NCBI GenBank assembly: GCA_900548875.1
Contig: URMA01000004.1
Span: 6,488 to 70,487 of the forward strand
DNA from: an uncultured Porphyromonadaceae bacterium
GTDB taxonomy: Bacteria > Bacteroidota > Bacteroidia > Bacteroidales > Muribaculaceae
Length of the DNA: 64,000 nucleotides
Reading direction: 5' to 3'
Shown: piece by piece, positions 47,057 through 56,855 of the stretch
Numbering within the stretch: position 1 is the stretch's first letter
How the letters are laid out: each line of letters starts with the position of its first letter
Translations under genes and position numbers: made by a program
Notes under the pieces: generated by a model
Seen by the model: the letters and a program-made list of their open reading frames with translations, nothing else
Database searches by the model: none
Told to the model about the DNA's origin: nothing

Positions 47057-48517
47057 ATGAAGCAACCCAACGAACTGATTAAGGAACAGGTAATAAAACG
47101 AATGTCGTTCGATAATCCCTGGTGGATTTCCGTCTCCATTTCCAACGACTATAAAGCCATGCAACCACGAGCCTATCTTCCCGATTTCTACGACATGGTT
47201 GCCAACATGTCCATCCGTCGTGCAACAATACTGATGGGGCCGCGGCGTGTGGGAAAAACCGTCATGATTTTTCACACTATTGACCGCCTTATCAAAAGCG
47301 GAATCAATCCACAGAAAATCATCTATATATCCATCGATACACCCATATACAACAATATCTCGCTGGAAGAACTATTTCATTATGCACGCCAAGCATTGAA
47401 ACAGGAGGATTGCTTAGAAGGTTTTTACGTGTTTTTTGATGAAATCCAATATTTAAAAGATTGGGAAATTCACTTAAAATCACTGGTTGACAGCTATCGC
47501 TCCGTGAAATTTGTGGCTTCAGGTTCAGCGGCTGCTGCGCTGAAAATGAAAAGCAACGAAAGCGGAGCCGGACGTTTTTCCGACTTCACCCTCCCCCCTC
47601 TTACTTTTTTCGAATATCTCAAACTCATAGGACAAGGTTCCATCATTGTCAAAAACAACAGTAAAACAATACCGGTTGACACTATCGACATCACGCGCCT
47701 CAACCAGCTTTTCATCGATTACATAAACTACGGTGGCTATCCGGAAGTAGTGGTTTCGGACGAAATACGTGCCAACCCCGGACAATACATCCGCCACGAC
47801 ATTATTGACAAAGTGCTGTTGCGCGACCTGCCCAGCCTTTATGGAATCAAGGACATCCAAGAATTGAACAAACTGTTTGTCCACATAGCTTTTCTTTCCG
47901 GGAATGAATTTTCGTATGAAAGTTTGTCACAAGAAGCCGGAATCAAGAAGGAGACACTCAAAAAGTATCTCGAATATCTCGAAGCCGCCTTCCTCATCAA
48001 AGTTGTCAATCGTATTGACCAAAATGCCAAACGCATGCAACGGGTTACGTCCTTCAAAATATACCTGACCAACCCGTCGCTCCGCTGTGCCTTGTTTACG
48101 CCTATTTCCGACAACGACGAATGCATTGGGAACATGGTCGAAACTGCCATCTTTTCGCAATGGGTACAAGGCGGGAAAAGCGATTTCTATTATGCCAATT
48201 GGGCCAAAGGAAGAGAAAAAGGTGAAGTTGACCTCGTATGGACCGATCCTGCCACCCAAAAGGCTTTTTCGTTAGCGGAAATCAAATGGACTGACCGATT
48301 TGCGGAAACTCCAAGCGAACTGAAATCGCTCTATCATTTTTTAGGAAGCAATCCCGATGTACGAAAAATAATTGTAACATCAAAAACCATCAGCAGAGTG
48401 TATAACAGTTCTAAAGGACAAATTCTGTTTGTTCCTGCAGCACTTTACGCTTATTGGATTTCAGCTTATCTATATAACTCACAGAAAAAGATACATGAAA
48501 AGGATAATGCAATGTAA
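47057..48517 (+). CDS. AAA+ ATPase with C-terminal DUF4143 domain (COG1373-type ATP-binding protein)
   Basis: Walker A is GPRRVGKT and Walker B is ..VFFDEIQY... The C-terminal region matches the DUF4143 pattern. The start was chosen at MKQPNELI. The ORF track begins at 47003. Confidence 0.75.
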   Translation: MKQPNELIKEQVIKRMSFDNPWWISVSISNDYKAMQPRAYLPDFYDMVANMSIRRATILMGPRRVGKTVMIFHTIDRLIKSGINPQKIIYISIDTPIYNNISLEELFHYARQALKQEDCLEGFYVFFDEIQYLKDWEIHLKSLVDSYRSVKFVASGSAAAALKMKSNESGAGRFSDFTLPPLTFFEYLKLIGQGSIIVKNNSKTIPVDTIDITRLNQLFIDYINYGGYPEVVVSDEIRANPGQYIRHDIIDKVLLRDLPSLYGIKDIQELNKLFVHIAFLSGNEFSYESLSQEAGIKKETLKKYLEYLEAAFLIKVVNRIDQNAKRMQRVTSFKIYLTNPSLRCALFTPISDNDECIGNMVETAIFSQWVQGGKSDFYYANWAKGREKGEVDLVWTDPATQKAFSLAEIKWTDRFAETPSELKSLYHFLGSNPDVRKIIVTSKTISRVYNSSKGQILFVPAALYAYWISAYLYNSQKKIHEKDNAM

Positions 48518-48726
48518 AAATAAGCATAAAAATTTCGCTTATTCGTGCATTTGATTATAATATACTATTTTTCAATTAGTTACATATGCAAAATAATTTC
48601 AAAACACGGTCAAAAGCACTATCTCTCCCGCTTATTTTACACTAAAAACGACCATTTCAGCACTAAAATGATAGAATAAGCCTATTTAAACATGCTTATT
48701 TTTACAAATATTGTTATTTTAAACAT
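48516..48726. repeat. Direct repeat DR-2 (~210 bp), copy of DR-1, immediately after the ATPase stop
   Basis: See DR-1. The terminal palindrome is slightly degraded here (ataagcctatttaaacatgcttat). Confidence 0.7.
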
Positions 48727-48746
48727 ATACAAACATACTTAATACA

Positions 48747-48776
48747 GAAAAGCCAAGATCGGAATCTTGGCTTTTT
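48747..48776. terminator. Bidirectional intrinsic terminator
   Basis: The palindrome aaaagccaagat-cgga-atcttggctttt serves the ATPase gene (+) and the convergent 48803-50209 gene (-). Confidence 0.65.
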
Positions 48777-48802
48777 CTATATTGGCACTCTAACTACTGC
48801 AT

Positions 48803-50209
48803 CTACGCCGTCTGCACGATGCGCAGGTGGGCTTTCGGGTAGCGGAGGGTCATGCAGCTGGCTTCGGTCAGCACAATGGCGTCGGTATTACGCACGCCGG
48901 CCGACTTCAGGTTGAGCTCCTCGGTCGAGAACGGAATATGGCTGTATTTCTGCAAATATTCCGGGTCGATAATCATACCGTTGTTTTCCATTCCGCATTC
49001 GTCGAACACCTCCGACAACAGTACATAGAGCTTGCCGAACTTCGAACGGATTTCCGAGAAGTCGATACCCCATTTCACGATATCCTCACCGGCCATCACC
49101 ACTTTCGTGGAGTCCAGTTTGTTGAGCTGTTCAATCAGCCCCGAACCGCCGATGAGCACCTTACGCTTGTTGCCGGCATTGCCCGTGAACGCCTGCCGCA
49201 TCATGGAAATGACGGCATCCTGATTCAATTCACCCGACTTGTAGGTAAATTCGCCGCCGGCCTGTCCCCAGATTCCGCCCGTCAGGAATATTTCCTCATG
49301 CTTGGTCTGATCCTCCACACGGCCCTTGACACCGAAAAGGAAGTTTTTCTCCATGCCCAGACGCATGTCGTAGACCGCCGCTTCCTCCTGGTCGCTGAAC
49401 GTCCACCCCACTTCCTTGTTGGCGATTTTTTGCAGGGTGCTCTGTTCGATCTGCATCTTGAAAATCTGGCAATAGTTCTGGCACTTTACCGGCAACGCTT
49501 CGAACTGCGCCGTCTGCACATCCAATTCTCCGGCGGCACGCCCCATTCTCACGAGCATCGTTCCCGTCGGTATGGTCGGAATACAGTTGGTGAATCCGTC
49601 GGCAGTCTTGCCGTTGGGAGTGACGGCCTCCAAATAGTTTTCACTGGTGGATTTCGACACGACGTACAGCACCAAATCCTGCGATGACTGCGTCACACCG
49701 TCGGGCTCAAAGCCGCGCACGCCACGCACCAACAGCGTTTCCGACTCTTCAAACAAGTCGATATTGTCCACCGTCAGGCGTGCCCGCTGGAAACGCTTGT
49801 CGCCCGTCGTGTCGACACCCGTAAATTCGGAAGTGGTGAGTGCCGATGTCGGACGGGTATCCACCGAATAATAGTCGACCACCATGCTTCCGCTGCGTTT
49901 CGCACCCGCCCAACGCGACAACTGGTCGATAGGCGTAGCCATCGGACGAATCTTGACGATACGGCGGTCGATTTCGTTCAGCAGCAGTTCGGGCGATTCA
50001 CGCTGCGCAAGGGCACGCGTCAGGGGTTCATCCGTCACATGCTTTCCTCCGGCCACACCCGGAATGACAGCCATCGCAAGCGACAGGCCCGAAGAATCGT
50101 AGAACACAAGCACGCCCACCGCCAACAGCACCAGCAGAAACAATAGTGTTTCGGGGCAGAGCAGACGGTCCATCAGTTGTTGAAATTTTTCTTTCGTTGT
50201 GTTTTTCAT
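48803..50209 (-). CDS. Hypothetical membrane-anchored protein (N-terminal cytoplasmic tail + 1 TM + large periplasmic domain)
   Basis: This is an ORF-only call. It is the last gene of a co-directional cluster with the TPR protein and OMP upstream. Confidence 0.45.
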   Translation of the reverse strand: MKNTTKEKFQQLMDRLLCPETLLFLLVLLAVGVLVFYDSSGLSLAMAVIPGVAGGKHVTDEPLTRALAQRESPELLLNEIDRRIVKIRPMATPIDQLSRWAGAKRSGSMVVDYYSVDTRPTSALTTSEFTGVDTTGDKRFQRARLTVDNIDLFEESETLLVRGVRGFEPDGVTQSSQDLVLYVVSKSTSENYLEAVTPNGKTADGFTNCIPTIPTGTMLVRMGRAAGELDVQTAQFEALPVKCQNYCQIFKMQIEQSTLQKIANKEVGWTFSDQEEAAVYDMRLGMEKNFLFGVKGRVEDQTKHEEIFLTGGIWGQAGGEFTYKSGELNQDAVISMMRQAFTGNAGNKRKVLIGGSGLIEQLNKLDSTKVVMAGEDIVKWGIDFSEIRSKFGKLYVLLSEVFDECGMENNGMIIDPEYLQKYSHIPFSTEELNLKSAGVRNTDAIVLTEASCMTLRYPKAHLRIVQTA

Positions 50210-50260
50210 AGCAATAAATAATTTAAGTTAATCAGACGGTTATTTTTCGTTTCACAAAGC

Positions 50261-50608
50261 CTAATCCCACACGCTCCGACGAATATGGCGGAGCAACGGC
50301 AAGTCGGGGTCCTCTTCTATCCCGCCGTCGTCGCAGGGATTTACGGTGTCGAACGAGCGACGGCGCACTTCAATCTGTTCGTTCCTGCCTTCCACATAGC
50401 CCTCCTGACGCGCCTGTGCTACATCGGCTTCATGGCGCAGCCCACGGTAGACCAGTTCGAGCAGACTGTCCGTGACTTCCGGCACACCGCCCACCGCCTC
50501 CACCATACTGTCGAGCACATCCTCCGCTTCCGCATGACGCTCGGCAAGAAACTGCAGCACACGGTCGTCGACGGCCGGCTGCGTTTTTTCCATTTTCTGT
50601 TCTTCCAT
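50261..50608 (-). CDS. Small acidic hypothetical protein
   Basis: The ORF encodes 115 aa and is co-directional between the OMP and the membrane-anchored protein. About 25% of residues are Asp/Glu. The call is uncertain. Confidence 0.3.
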   Translation of the reverse strand: MEEQKMEKTQPAVDDRVLQFLAERHAEAEDVLDSMVEAVGGVPEVTDSLLELVYRGLRHEADVAQARQEGYVEGRNEQIEVRRRSFDTVNPCDDGGIEEDPDLPLLRHIRRSVWD

Positions 50609-50755
50609 ACGTTTTCAGTTTTAAGGTTCAACACTGCAAAGCTACAATGCCCTGCCCCACTGATATCGCAAAAAAGAGCAAACCGCCGGACAAAAAAATC
50701 GGCAGAGCGTTTCCGCCCTGCCGACTTCCAGCCGCCAAACAGCGACCCTTTATCC

Positions 50756-52588
50756 TTAGAAATTCACAGCTGCCCCTACAAGGAAATTGAAGCGCTGCGC
50801 ATACATACCGTAATACAGTTGCTGACGACGGTTCAACAGGTTGTTCAGGCGGCAATAGGCCGAGAACATATCCGTAAACCGGTAAGAAGCACCGAAACCG
50901 AGATCGGAGAAGGTACCCAAATCAATTGTCGTTTCCGACATCATGGCTGCCGGCTCTTCCGAACCTATCATCGGATAGTAGTGCGTATTCAAAACGCGGC
51001 GTCCGCCCATAAAGCGGTAGTCGACATAAAGGTCAAGCTGACGGATTGGCGTTACCTTCAACTTGGCATCCACCACATGCTCCGGACGGTTATCGGCAAG
51101 CTGATAGCCCGACTTCGTGCCTTGAGGAGCAAACGTATAGGCAGCCTTGAATTCCACCTTGTCGGAATAGTTGTAGGCCGTTTTCAATCCCATTTTAGCC
51201 CCGCTCATATTAACTGCCTGATAGGTAGTGGCAGCTGTCGGTTCGGGGAAATTCTTATTGTTGTCGACAGATGTAAAGGCAGTCACCAACGCATCTCTGA
51301 CAACCGCAAAACCGACAAACGGCGTAATGGTAAATCCTTTGAACAGTCCGAAATTCAATCCGGCTTCCGCATCGACCAGCGTGTAGCTTGTCGGAAGCAT
51401 CAGCGACGGGTTCACATAACGGTTGCGCGCTGCCACGTTGTGGAACGTATGAATCTCGTTACCGCCCACTGCCGAAGCATACAGGCTGAACATGCGGCTC
51501 ATTTCCCAGTCGAAACGCACGTCGGGAGCGATACGGAAGAAGGTACCGTTGTCAAACGAAAGGTCGACATGCGCGCCGATACGCAGGTTCATGTTGTCGG
51601 TACGATGGCTGTAGTACGGAGTGACACTCAGCATGCCGAAGCTCTTGCCGCCGGCATCGTTCAGCACCATTTCGTGGTAGACCGAAGGCTGGTCGTCGCG
51701 GAACACCACATCCAGCGCCTCCGTATTGCGATAGCCCAACATCTGGAAACCCAAGTCGACACCCGCGAAATCAGCATCGCCCAACAGGAATTCGGCACCG
51801 CCGTCAAGATTCAGCAGGTTCTCCGTAAGTCCGTTGCCCAGCACTCCGTTTTCGTCCGTAGCGTTCCAGAAGCCGTACTTGTTGCCAAAATAGTTGTATT
51901 CGGCACCGATATAATAACTTACCTGATTGTCGTTCACGCTTTTTCCACGCCACATGGCGTTTACGTTAAACTCATTGACCACCTGACGGGTATTGCCCGG
52001 AGTTCTCAATCCTGCCCCATAGTAGTTGAAACGGTCGAAATGATAGGAAGTTCCTGCCGTCAGCCCCCCCTTGCTGAACATGTTGCTGAAATCCAGTCCC
52101 ACGCGGTCCTCTATCACATACTGGCGGGAATACTTGTACGCCTCATTGATGTTTTTATAGAGTCCGTCGGTAAGGCCGCTCGTCGAATTGTGCTGCAACC
52201 ATACGCCCAACTGCGTCTTGTCCGTCTTAACAATACGGTAACCGGCATTGCCGACAATGTTCAGATAGTTGCCCATTCCGAACGTAGCATAGCCGCGCTT
52301 GTCAAGGTATCTGAATTTTTCGGCGAAATCGTCCACGGTCTGTGTCACCACAAAAGGATCCACCTTGGCCGGAATCGCCCAGTCGCTGTAGTTCAGCGAA
52401 ATTTTCGTCTGCTTTTCTTCGAGCGTGGCCGGGTTTGTGCCCAGACGTGTCGACTTCAGCAGTTCGGGCTGATAGTCAGTTTCCACCACGATTGCCTTAT
52501 GCAATTCCTCGTCGCCCGACTGTGCCATGGCCGGGAAAAGCACTCCCGACAATGCCAATGACATATATACTATTAACGTTTTCTTCAT
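50756..52588 (-). CDS. Putative outer-membrane beta-barrel protein (porin-like, Bacteroidetes-specific family)
   Basis: A signal peptide (MKKTLIVYMSLALSGVLFPAMA) is present. The pattern is amphipathic beta strands rich in Tyr/Gly/Asn. The C-terminal residue is Phe (..GAAVNF). Length is 610 aa. Confidence 0.6.
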   Translation of the reverse strand: MKKTLIVYMSLALSGVLFPAMAQSGDEELHKAIVVETDYQPELLKSTRLGTNPATLEEKQTKISLNYSDWAIPAKVDPFVVTQTVDDFAEKFRYLDKRGYATFGMGNYLNIVGNAGYRIVKTDKTQLGVWLQHNSTSGLTDGLYKNINEAYKYSRQYVIEDRVGLDFSNMFSKGGLTAGTSYHFDRFNYYGAGLRTPGNTRQVVNEFNVNAMWRGKSVNDNQVSYYIGAEYNYFGNKYGFWNATDENGVLGNGLTENLLNLDGGAEFLLGDADFAGVDLGFQMLGYRNTEALDVVFRDDQPSVYHEMVLNDAGGKSFGMLSVTPYYSHRTDNMNLRIGAHVDLSFDNGTFFRIAPDVRFDWEMSRMFSLYASAVGGNEIHTFHNVAARNRYVNPSLMLPTSYTLVDAEAGLNFGLFKGFTITPFVGFAVVRDALVTAFTSVDNNKNFPEPTAATTYQAVNMSGAKMGLKTAYNYSDKVEFKAAYTFAPQGTKSGYQLADNRPEHVVDAKLKVTPIRQLDLYVDYRFMGGRRVLNTHYYPMIGSEEPAAMMSETTIDLGTFSDLGFGASYRFTDMFSAYCRLNNLLNRRQQLYYGMYAQRFNFLVGAAVNF

Positions 52589-52604
52589 AACTGCTCCAAA
52601 CGAA

Positions 52605-55589
52605 TTAGTTCTTCAATTTTTTCAACCTTGATTCGACCATCTCAAAAATGTCGGCTTCCTTGCCCGGATAGTTTTCCTGCAAGCTTTCCAGATATTCGCG
52701 CGCCTGGAACTTGTCGCCCTGCGCCGCATAAATGTCGGAAAGGAGAATAAAGCCGCGAGCCAGCCAGTACTGGTGAGGCGTACCCGAATCCGACAGCTTG
52801 TTCAGCACATCGAGCGCCTTCGAGTTATCGCCCCGCTCATGGTAAAGTTCAGCCAGACGATAGGCGGCAATCGAACCGTAGAGAGTTTCCATGCTCGAAG
52901 TGAGGCTCTTGTAGTCGTCGATAGCCTTCGCCTTGTTGCCCAAAGCCTGATAAGCCGTACCGCGGGAGTAAACCACTTCCGCACGCATATCGCTGTCGAG
53001 CCCCGTTGCAAGCAACGCATCGGCCGCTTCCACCACCTTGGCATCGTCGCCCTTGTCGCGGGCAATACGGAGCATACCCAGCTGTGCCGCCTTCTTGTTG
53101 GCTGCCGTGGTCGCCTTTGTCAAGAGTTTTTCGTAGCTCTGCTGAGCCGCATCAAGATTGCCTTCGGCCAACAGGAGTTCGCCTTCCATAGCCAATGCCG
53201 TTTCAGCGAAACCGCCGTCGGGAGCTTCCTTCAGCGCCTTCTGCACATAGCCGAGAGCTTCTTTTTTCTTGCCATTCTTATAGGCATTCTCGGCAAGATA
53301 ATAGTTGGCCTGTCCGGAATACGGTCCGGAAGGATATTTTTCCAGATAATTTGTCAACTGTTTTGTGCTGCCGTCAGCCACATACGCATTTTCCGCATTT
53401 TCAAAAGTCAGACGGTTCACCTCGTTGGCGTCAATCTTATAGTCGATGTTCACCGAAGCGACAAACTGCGTGAATGCCGACAGGTTGTTGTCCTGAATAG
53501 CCAGCACCTTCAAGTCCTCCAGTGCCACCTTGGCTTCTTCGCTCGTAGGATAGTTGCGCACGAGAGTCTTGTATTCCTCTATTGCCTGGTTGCGCTGCTT
53601 CAAGGTATTCAGCAGAACAGCGTACTGCAACTGGCCCTTTCTTGCTTCGGCAGTCTGCGGATAGTCGTTCAGCAATCGGCGGAATCCCTTCTTGGCGTTG
53701 TCGTAATCTTCCAGTGCGATATAGGCCTGCACCTTTTCATACTGCGCCTTCGAAGCATAGGCCGACGACGGATATTTCTCAATCAGTTCGTTCATAGCGG
53801 AGATTTTCGCATCGTGACGGCGCTGAAGTCCCAGCATGAAACCTTTCTGATACATCGAATAGTCGCTCTGTGCCGTTCCTGCGGCAAGAGCCTTGTCGTA
53901 GTACGAAAGCGCACCGGCATAGTCGCGCCCGTAGTAGCGGCAATCGCCGATACGGTTGTAGGAGTCGGCGAGCAGTTCCTTGTCGAGCGATTTCACGCCC
54001 ACCACCTTGCGGAACGCATCTTCCGCCTGACTGTAATTCTTTTCGGCCATGCACACATAACCGAGGCTGTAGTTGGCAGTGGCATAATTTTCACCGCTTG
54101 TCCCCGTATTGCGCAGGTAGTTCTGGTAATATTTCTTTGCCTTAGCCATATTGCCGGCAGAATAGTTGGCTTCGCCCAGCCACAAGTTCACTTCATTGGC
54201 AATTTCACTGTCATAACTGCCCAACTGCTCCGCCTTTTCAAGATAGGTGATTGCATTCTCGGCATTGCCGTTCTTCTGTTCGCGGACACCCAGACGGTAA
54301 AGCACATTGAGCTTTGCCTTCAGCATCTTGCCCGACGGCTTCTGAATGGCGTTGATTGTTGCCAGCGCGTTGTCGTAGTCCTTGTTTGAGAGGTAAGAGC
54401 TGATGATATAGTCCTCCACATTGGAAGCATATTTCGACTGAGGAAATTTGTTCAGAAAATCGCGGAACACCTTGATGGAATTGGCAAACGGAGCATTTCC
54501 GCCACGGCTCTGCGAAATGGCGTAGTTGTAGAATGCCGTTTCCTGCACGTCGCGGTCGTAATCCATTTTGTAGGCCTTTTCAAAAGCCATGGAAGCGGCT
54601 GTCATGTTGCCGTTGCGAAGGTAAGCTTGACCGATATAGAGATATGCACTTTGAGCCAATGCATCACTTTCCCCTACTACACCGTCCAAGTGTTCCACAG
54701 CCGAAGCATTGTCGCCTTCGCGATATTCGGCCACACCCAAAATATAGAGCGAGGAACGTTGCGGCTCGTCGATGCTGTCTAGATATTTCGTAAGCAGGTC
54801 AATGGCCCGTGCATTGTTGCCCAGGTAATATTCGCTCTCACCGACAATGCGCAGCAGTTCCGCCTCCATTTCCGGCGAAAGTTCCGCTTTTTGCAGTTTC
54901 TTGCCGATGGCCACTACGTTGGCATAGTCGCTCTCGCTGTAACGGATCTGACAGATATAGTATTGGGCGCTCTCGCCCATCTTGCTGCGGGGAGAAACCT
55001 TGCGGAAACCTTCTTCCGCTTTCTTGTAGTCACCTTTGGCATAAAGGATATAGGCCGTGTAGAAATCCACCTCGTTGCTATACTTGGAGTTGCCGCGAAG
55101 ACGTTCAAACCCCCGTTCCGCCTGGTCGTAGTCACCTTTTTTCAGGCAGCAGAACGAAGTGCGGTAAATCAGGTCGGCGGCTTCCGTCTTGCCGAACACC
55201 TTCGCCGACAGCCGATCGTACTCGACATACGCCTTTTCATAGTCGCCCTTGAAGAAATAGTAGTCGCCTATCGTCATCCGAACTTGAAAACGATGGACAG
55301 AGGCCGGATGGTTTTCCAAATAGGCCCGCAACGCCTCCACACTGTCCTTGTCGCCACGCTTGTACTTGGCCATGGCGATATAGTAGTCGACATCCTCGAC
55401 CGTCAGTTCGGGAATGGACTGGCGTTTCGCCTCCTTCAGCTGGTCGATGCAGCCCGTATAATTCTGATTGTTGTACATCTGCACGCCTCGGGCAACATAC
55501 CCTTCCGCATCAGTATTGTTCAGCTGAGCCTGCCCGGGAACGGCCATCGCCGAAGCCAGACACAATAGCGCATAATGGTATTTCTTCAT
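52605..55589 (-). CDS. Large tetratricopeptide-repeat (TPR) protein with signal peptide
   Basis: It has a signal peptide followed by >15 TPR-like repeats (recurrent ..A.Y..G..Y...Y.A...F.. pattern). It is 994 aa and lies immediately upstream of the OMP gene (SprE/PorW-like architecture, unverified). Confidence 0.65.
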   Translation of the reverse strand: MKKYHYALLCLASAMAVPGQAQLNNTDAEGYVARGVQMYNNQNYTGCIDQLKEAKRQSIPELTVEDVDYYIAMAKYKRGDKDSVEALRAYLENHPASVHRFQVRMTIGDYYFFKGDYEKAYVEYDRLSAKVFGKTEAADLIYRTSFCCLKKGDYDQAERGFERLRGNSKYSNEVDFYTAYILYAKGDYKKAEEGFRKVSPRSKMGESAQYYICQIRYSESDYANVVAIGKKLQKAELSPEMEAELLRIVGESEYYLGNNARAIDLLTKYLDSIDEPQRSSLYILGVAEYREGDNASAVEHLDGVVGESDALAQSAYLYIGQAYLRNGNMTAASMAFEKAYKMDYDRDVQETAFYNYAISQSRGGNAPFANSIKVFRDFLNKFPQSKYASNVEDYIISSYLSNKDYDNALATINAIQKPSGKMLKAKLNVLYRLGVREQKNGNAENAITYLEKAEQLGSYDSEIANEVNLWLGEANYSAGNMAKAKKYYQNYLRNTGTSGENYATANYSLGYVCMAEKNYSQAEDAFRKVVGVKSLDKELLADSYNRIGDCRYYGRDYAGALSYYDKALAAGTAQSDYSMYQKGFMLGLQRRHDAKISAMNELIEKYPSSAYASKAQYEKVQAYIALEDYDNAKKGFRRLLNDYPQTAEARKGQLQYAVLLNTLKQRNQAIEEYKTLVRNYPTSEEAKVALEDLKVLAIQDNNLSAFTQFVASVNIDYKIDANEVNRLTFENAENAYVADGSTKQLTNYLEKYPSGPYSGQANYYLAENAYKNGKKKEALGYVQKALKEAPDGGFAETALAMEGELLLAEGNLDAAQQSYEKLLTKATTAANKKAAQLGMLRIARDKGDDAKVVEAADALLATGLDSDMRAEVVYSRGTAYQALGNKAKAIDDYKSLTSSMETLYGSIAAYRLAELYHERGDNSKALDVLNKLSDSGTPHQYWLARGFILLSDIYAAQGDKFQAREYLESLQENYPGKEADIFEMVESRLKKLKN

Positions 55590-55661
55590 TTGTCTATCTC
55601 GTTATTCTATGCTAATTATAACGTTGGTTTTATGCAATCTGTTCAGAAACGCAAATCCGCC

Positions 55662-56645
55662 TTATTTGCGCGAACGCAGCGAATAGGTACGCGAGCGCAG
55701 CATTTGGGTAAACGATTCCAAATCCGTATATTTTTTCTGTTCTTCCGGAGTTATGATGTCACCCACGGAAATATGGTAAGTCGTGTCGTGATGGCTGAAC
55801 ACCTCACTCGGCAGGCGCACGGTGCGAAGTTGCCAGCAGACAACACCGAGGATATTGAACAGCCAGCTGTTCCGTCCATGAAAGAATACAGGAACCACCG
55901 GCACGTTCAGTTGCTGTATCAGCCGCATGACCGACGGCTGCCACGGACGGTCCTCCAATTGCAGTTTCCAGTTCAGTTTCGACATGGCTCCGGCAGGGAA
56001 AAAGCCCAGCGGATGGCCACGTTTTACATGAATCATAGCTTCCTTGATACCGTGCATCGTGATGGCACGCTTTTCCGGATCGTTGGAAGCAAGAGGGTCA
56101 ACGGCAATAAAATTGGGACGCATACCCCGGATATGATTCAGAATCAGATTTACCATCACTTTGTAGTCCTCACGCCGCGATGCGAACAGGTCAATCAGCA
56201 TAATGCCGTCGACCGCACCGAACGGATGATTGGACACGGTGATGAACGCTCCTTCCGGAAGATTCTCCAGCACCTGTGCATTGTCTACTCTGACTGAAAT
56301 GCGGAAATCATCAAGTATGCCTCTGACGAAAGGCGCGCCGGGAGTATTCAGATTTCTATGATGAAAATAGTTGACATCGTCCAACTTCAGAACCTTCATC
56401 AGCCACCGCACAATTTTCGGATGCTTCCGTGCTACAGGAGCCATTCGGCACAAGTCGTAGTAGTCAAGCACCGTCCGCTTTTTCGTTTCGTCGTCTCCGT
56501 CATAATCCGGAGCCTTTCCTGTTATTCGCCCCCTCCGGTCCAACGCCGGCCCTTCGCGATAGGGATTTTCCTGAGTTGCTTTCACAGGCGCCTCTTTCCA
56601 CGGAATAAACAATTCTGTCTGATTAGCCTTGGACTTTTCTTGCAT
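55662..56645 (-). CDS. Lysophospholipid/1-acyl-glycerol-3-phosphate acyltransferase family protein (PlsC-like)
   Basis: The acyltransferase motif is NHPFGAVDG (an HxxxxD-type variant). The ..FPAG.. motif is downstream. Length is 327 aa. Confidence 0.65.
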   Translation of the reverse strand: MQEKSKANQTELFIPWKEAPVKATQENPYREGPALDRRGRITGKAPDYDGDDETKKRTVLDYYDLCRMAPVARKHPKIVRWLMKVLKLDDVNYFHHRNLNTPGAPFVRGILDDFRISVRVDNAQVLENLPEGAFITVSNHPFGAVDGIMLIDLFASRREDYKVMVNLILNHIRGMRPNFIAVDPLASNDPEKRAITMHGIKEAMIHVKRGHPLGFFPAGAMSKLNWKLQLEDRPWQPSVMRLIQQLNVPVVPVFFHGRNSWLFNILGVVCWQLRTVRLPSEVFSHHDTTYHISVGDIITPEEQKKYTDLESFTQMLRSRTYSLRSRK

Positions 56646-56739
56646 TGTTTTACGTCTTTATTAGTATGCAAATATAATATCTTTTGCAGGAACGGCAAAA
56701 AACAACTGAAAGTTTGGCTTTTCTCCCCTCACCTTTCGC

Positions 56740-56820
56740 TATATTATGACAGAAGAACAAAAGAACAGATCTTAAAATTGATAGGCGGGAAAAATTTTGT
56801 TCTTCTGTTCTTCTGTCTAT
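56740..56820. repeat. Short GACAGAAGAACA-family MITE-like element
   Basis: The sequence is gacagaagaacaaaagaacag...ttttgttcttctgttcttctgtc, with inverted ends ~75 bp apart. Confidence 0.5.
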
Positions 56821-56855
56821 ATTAACCTTTCACTATCTTTACCAAAAAAATCAGA

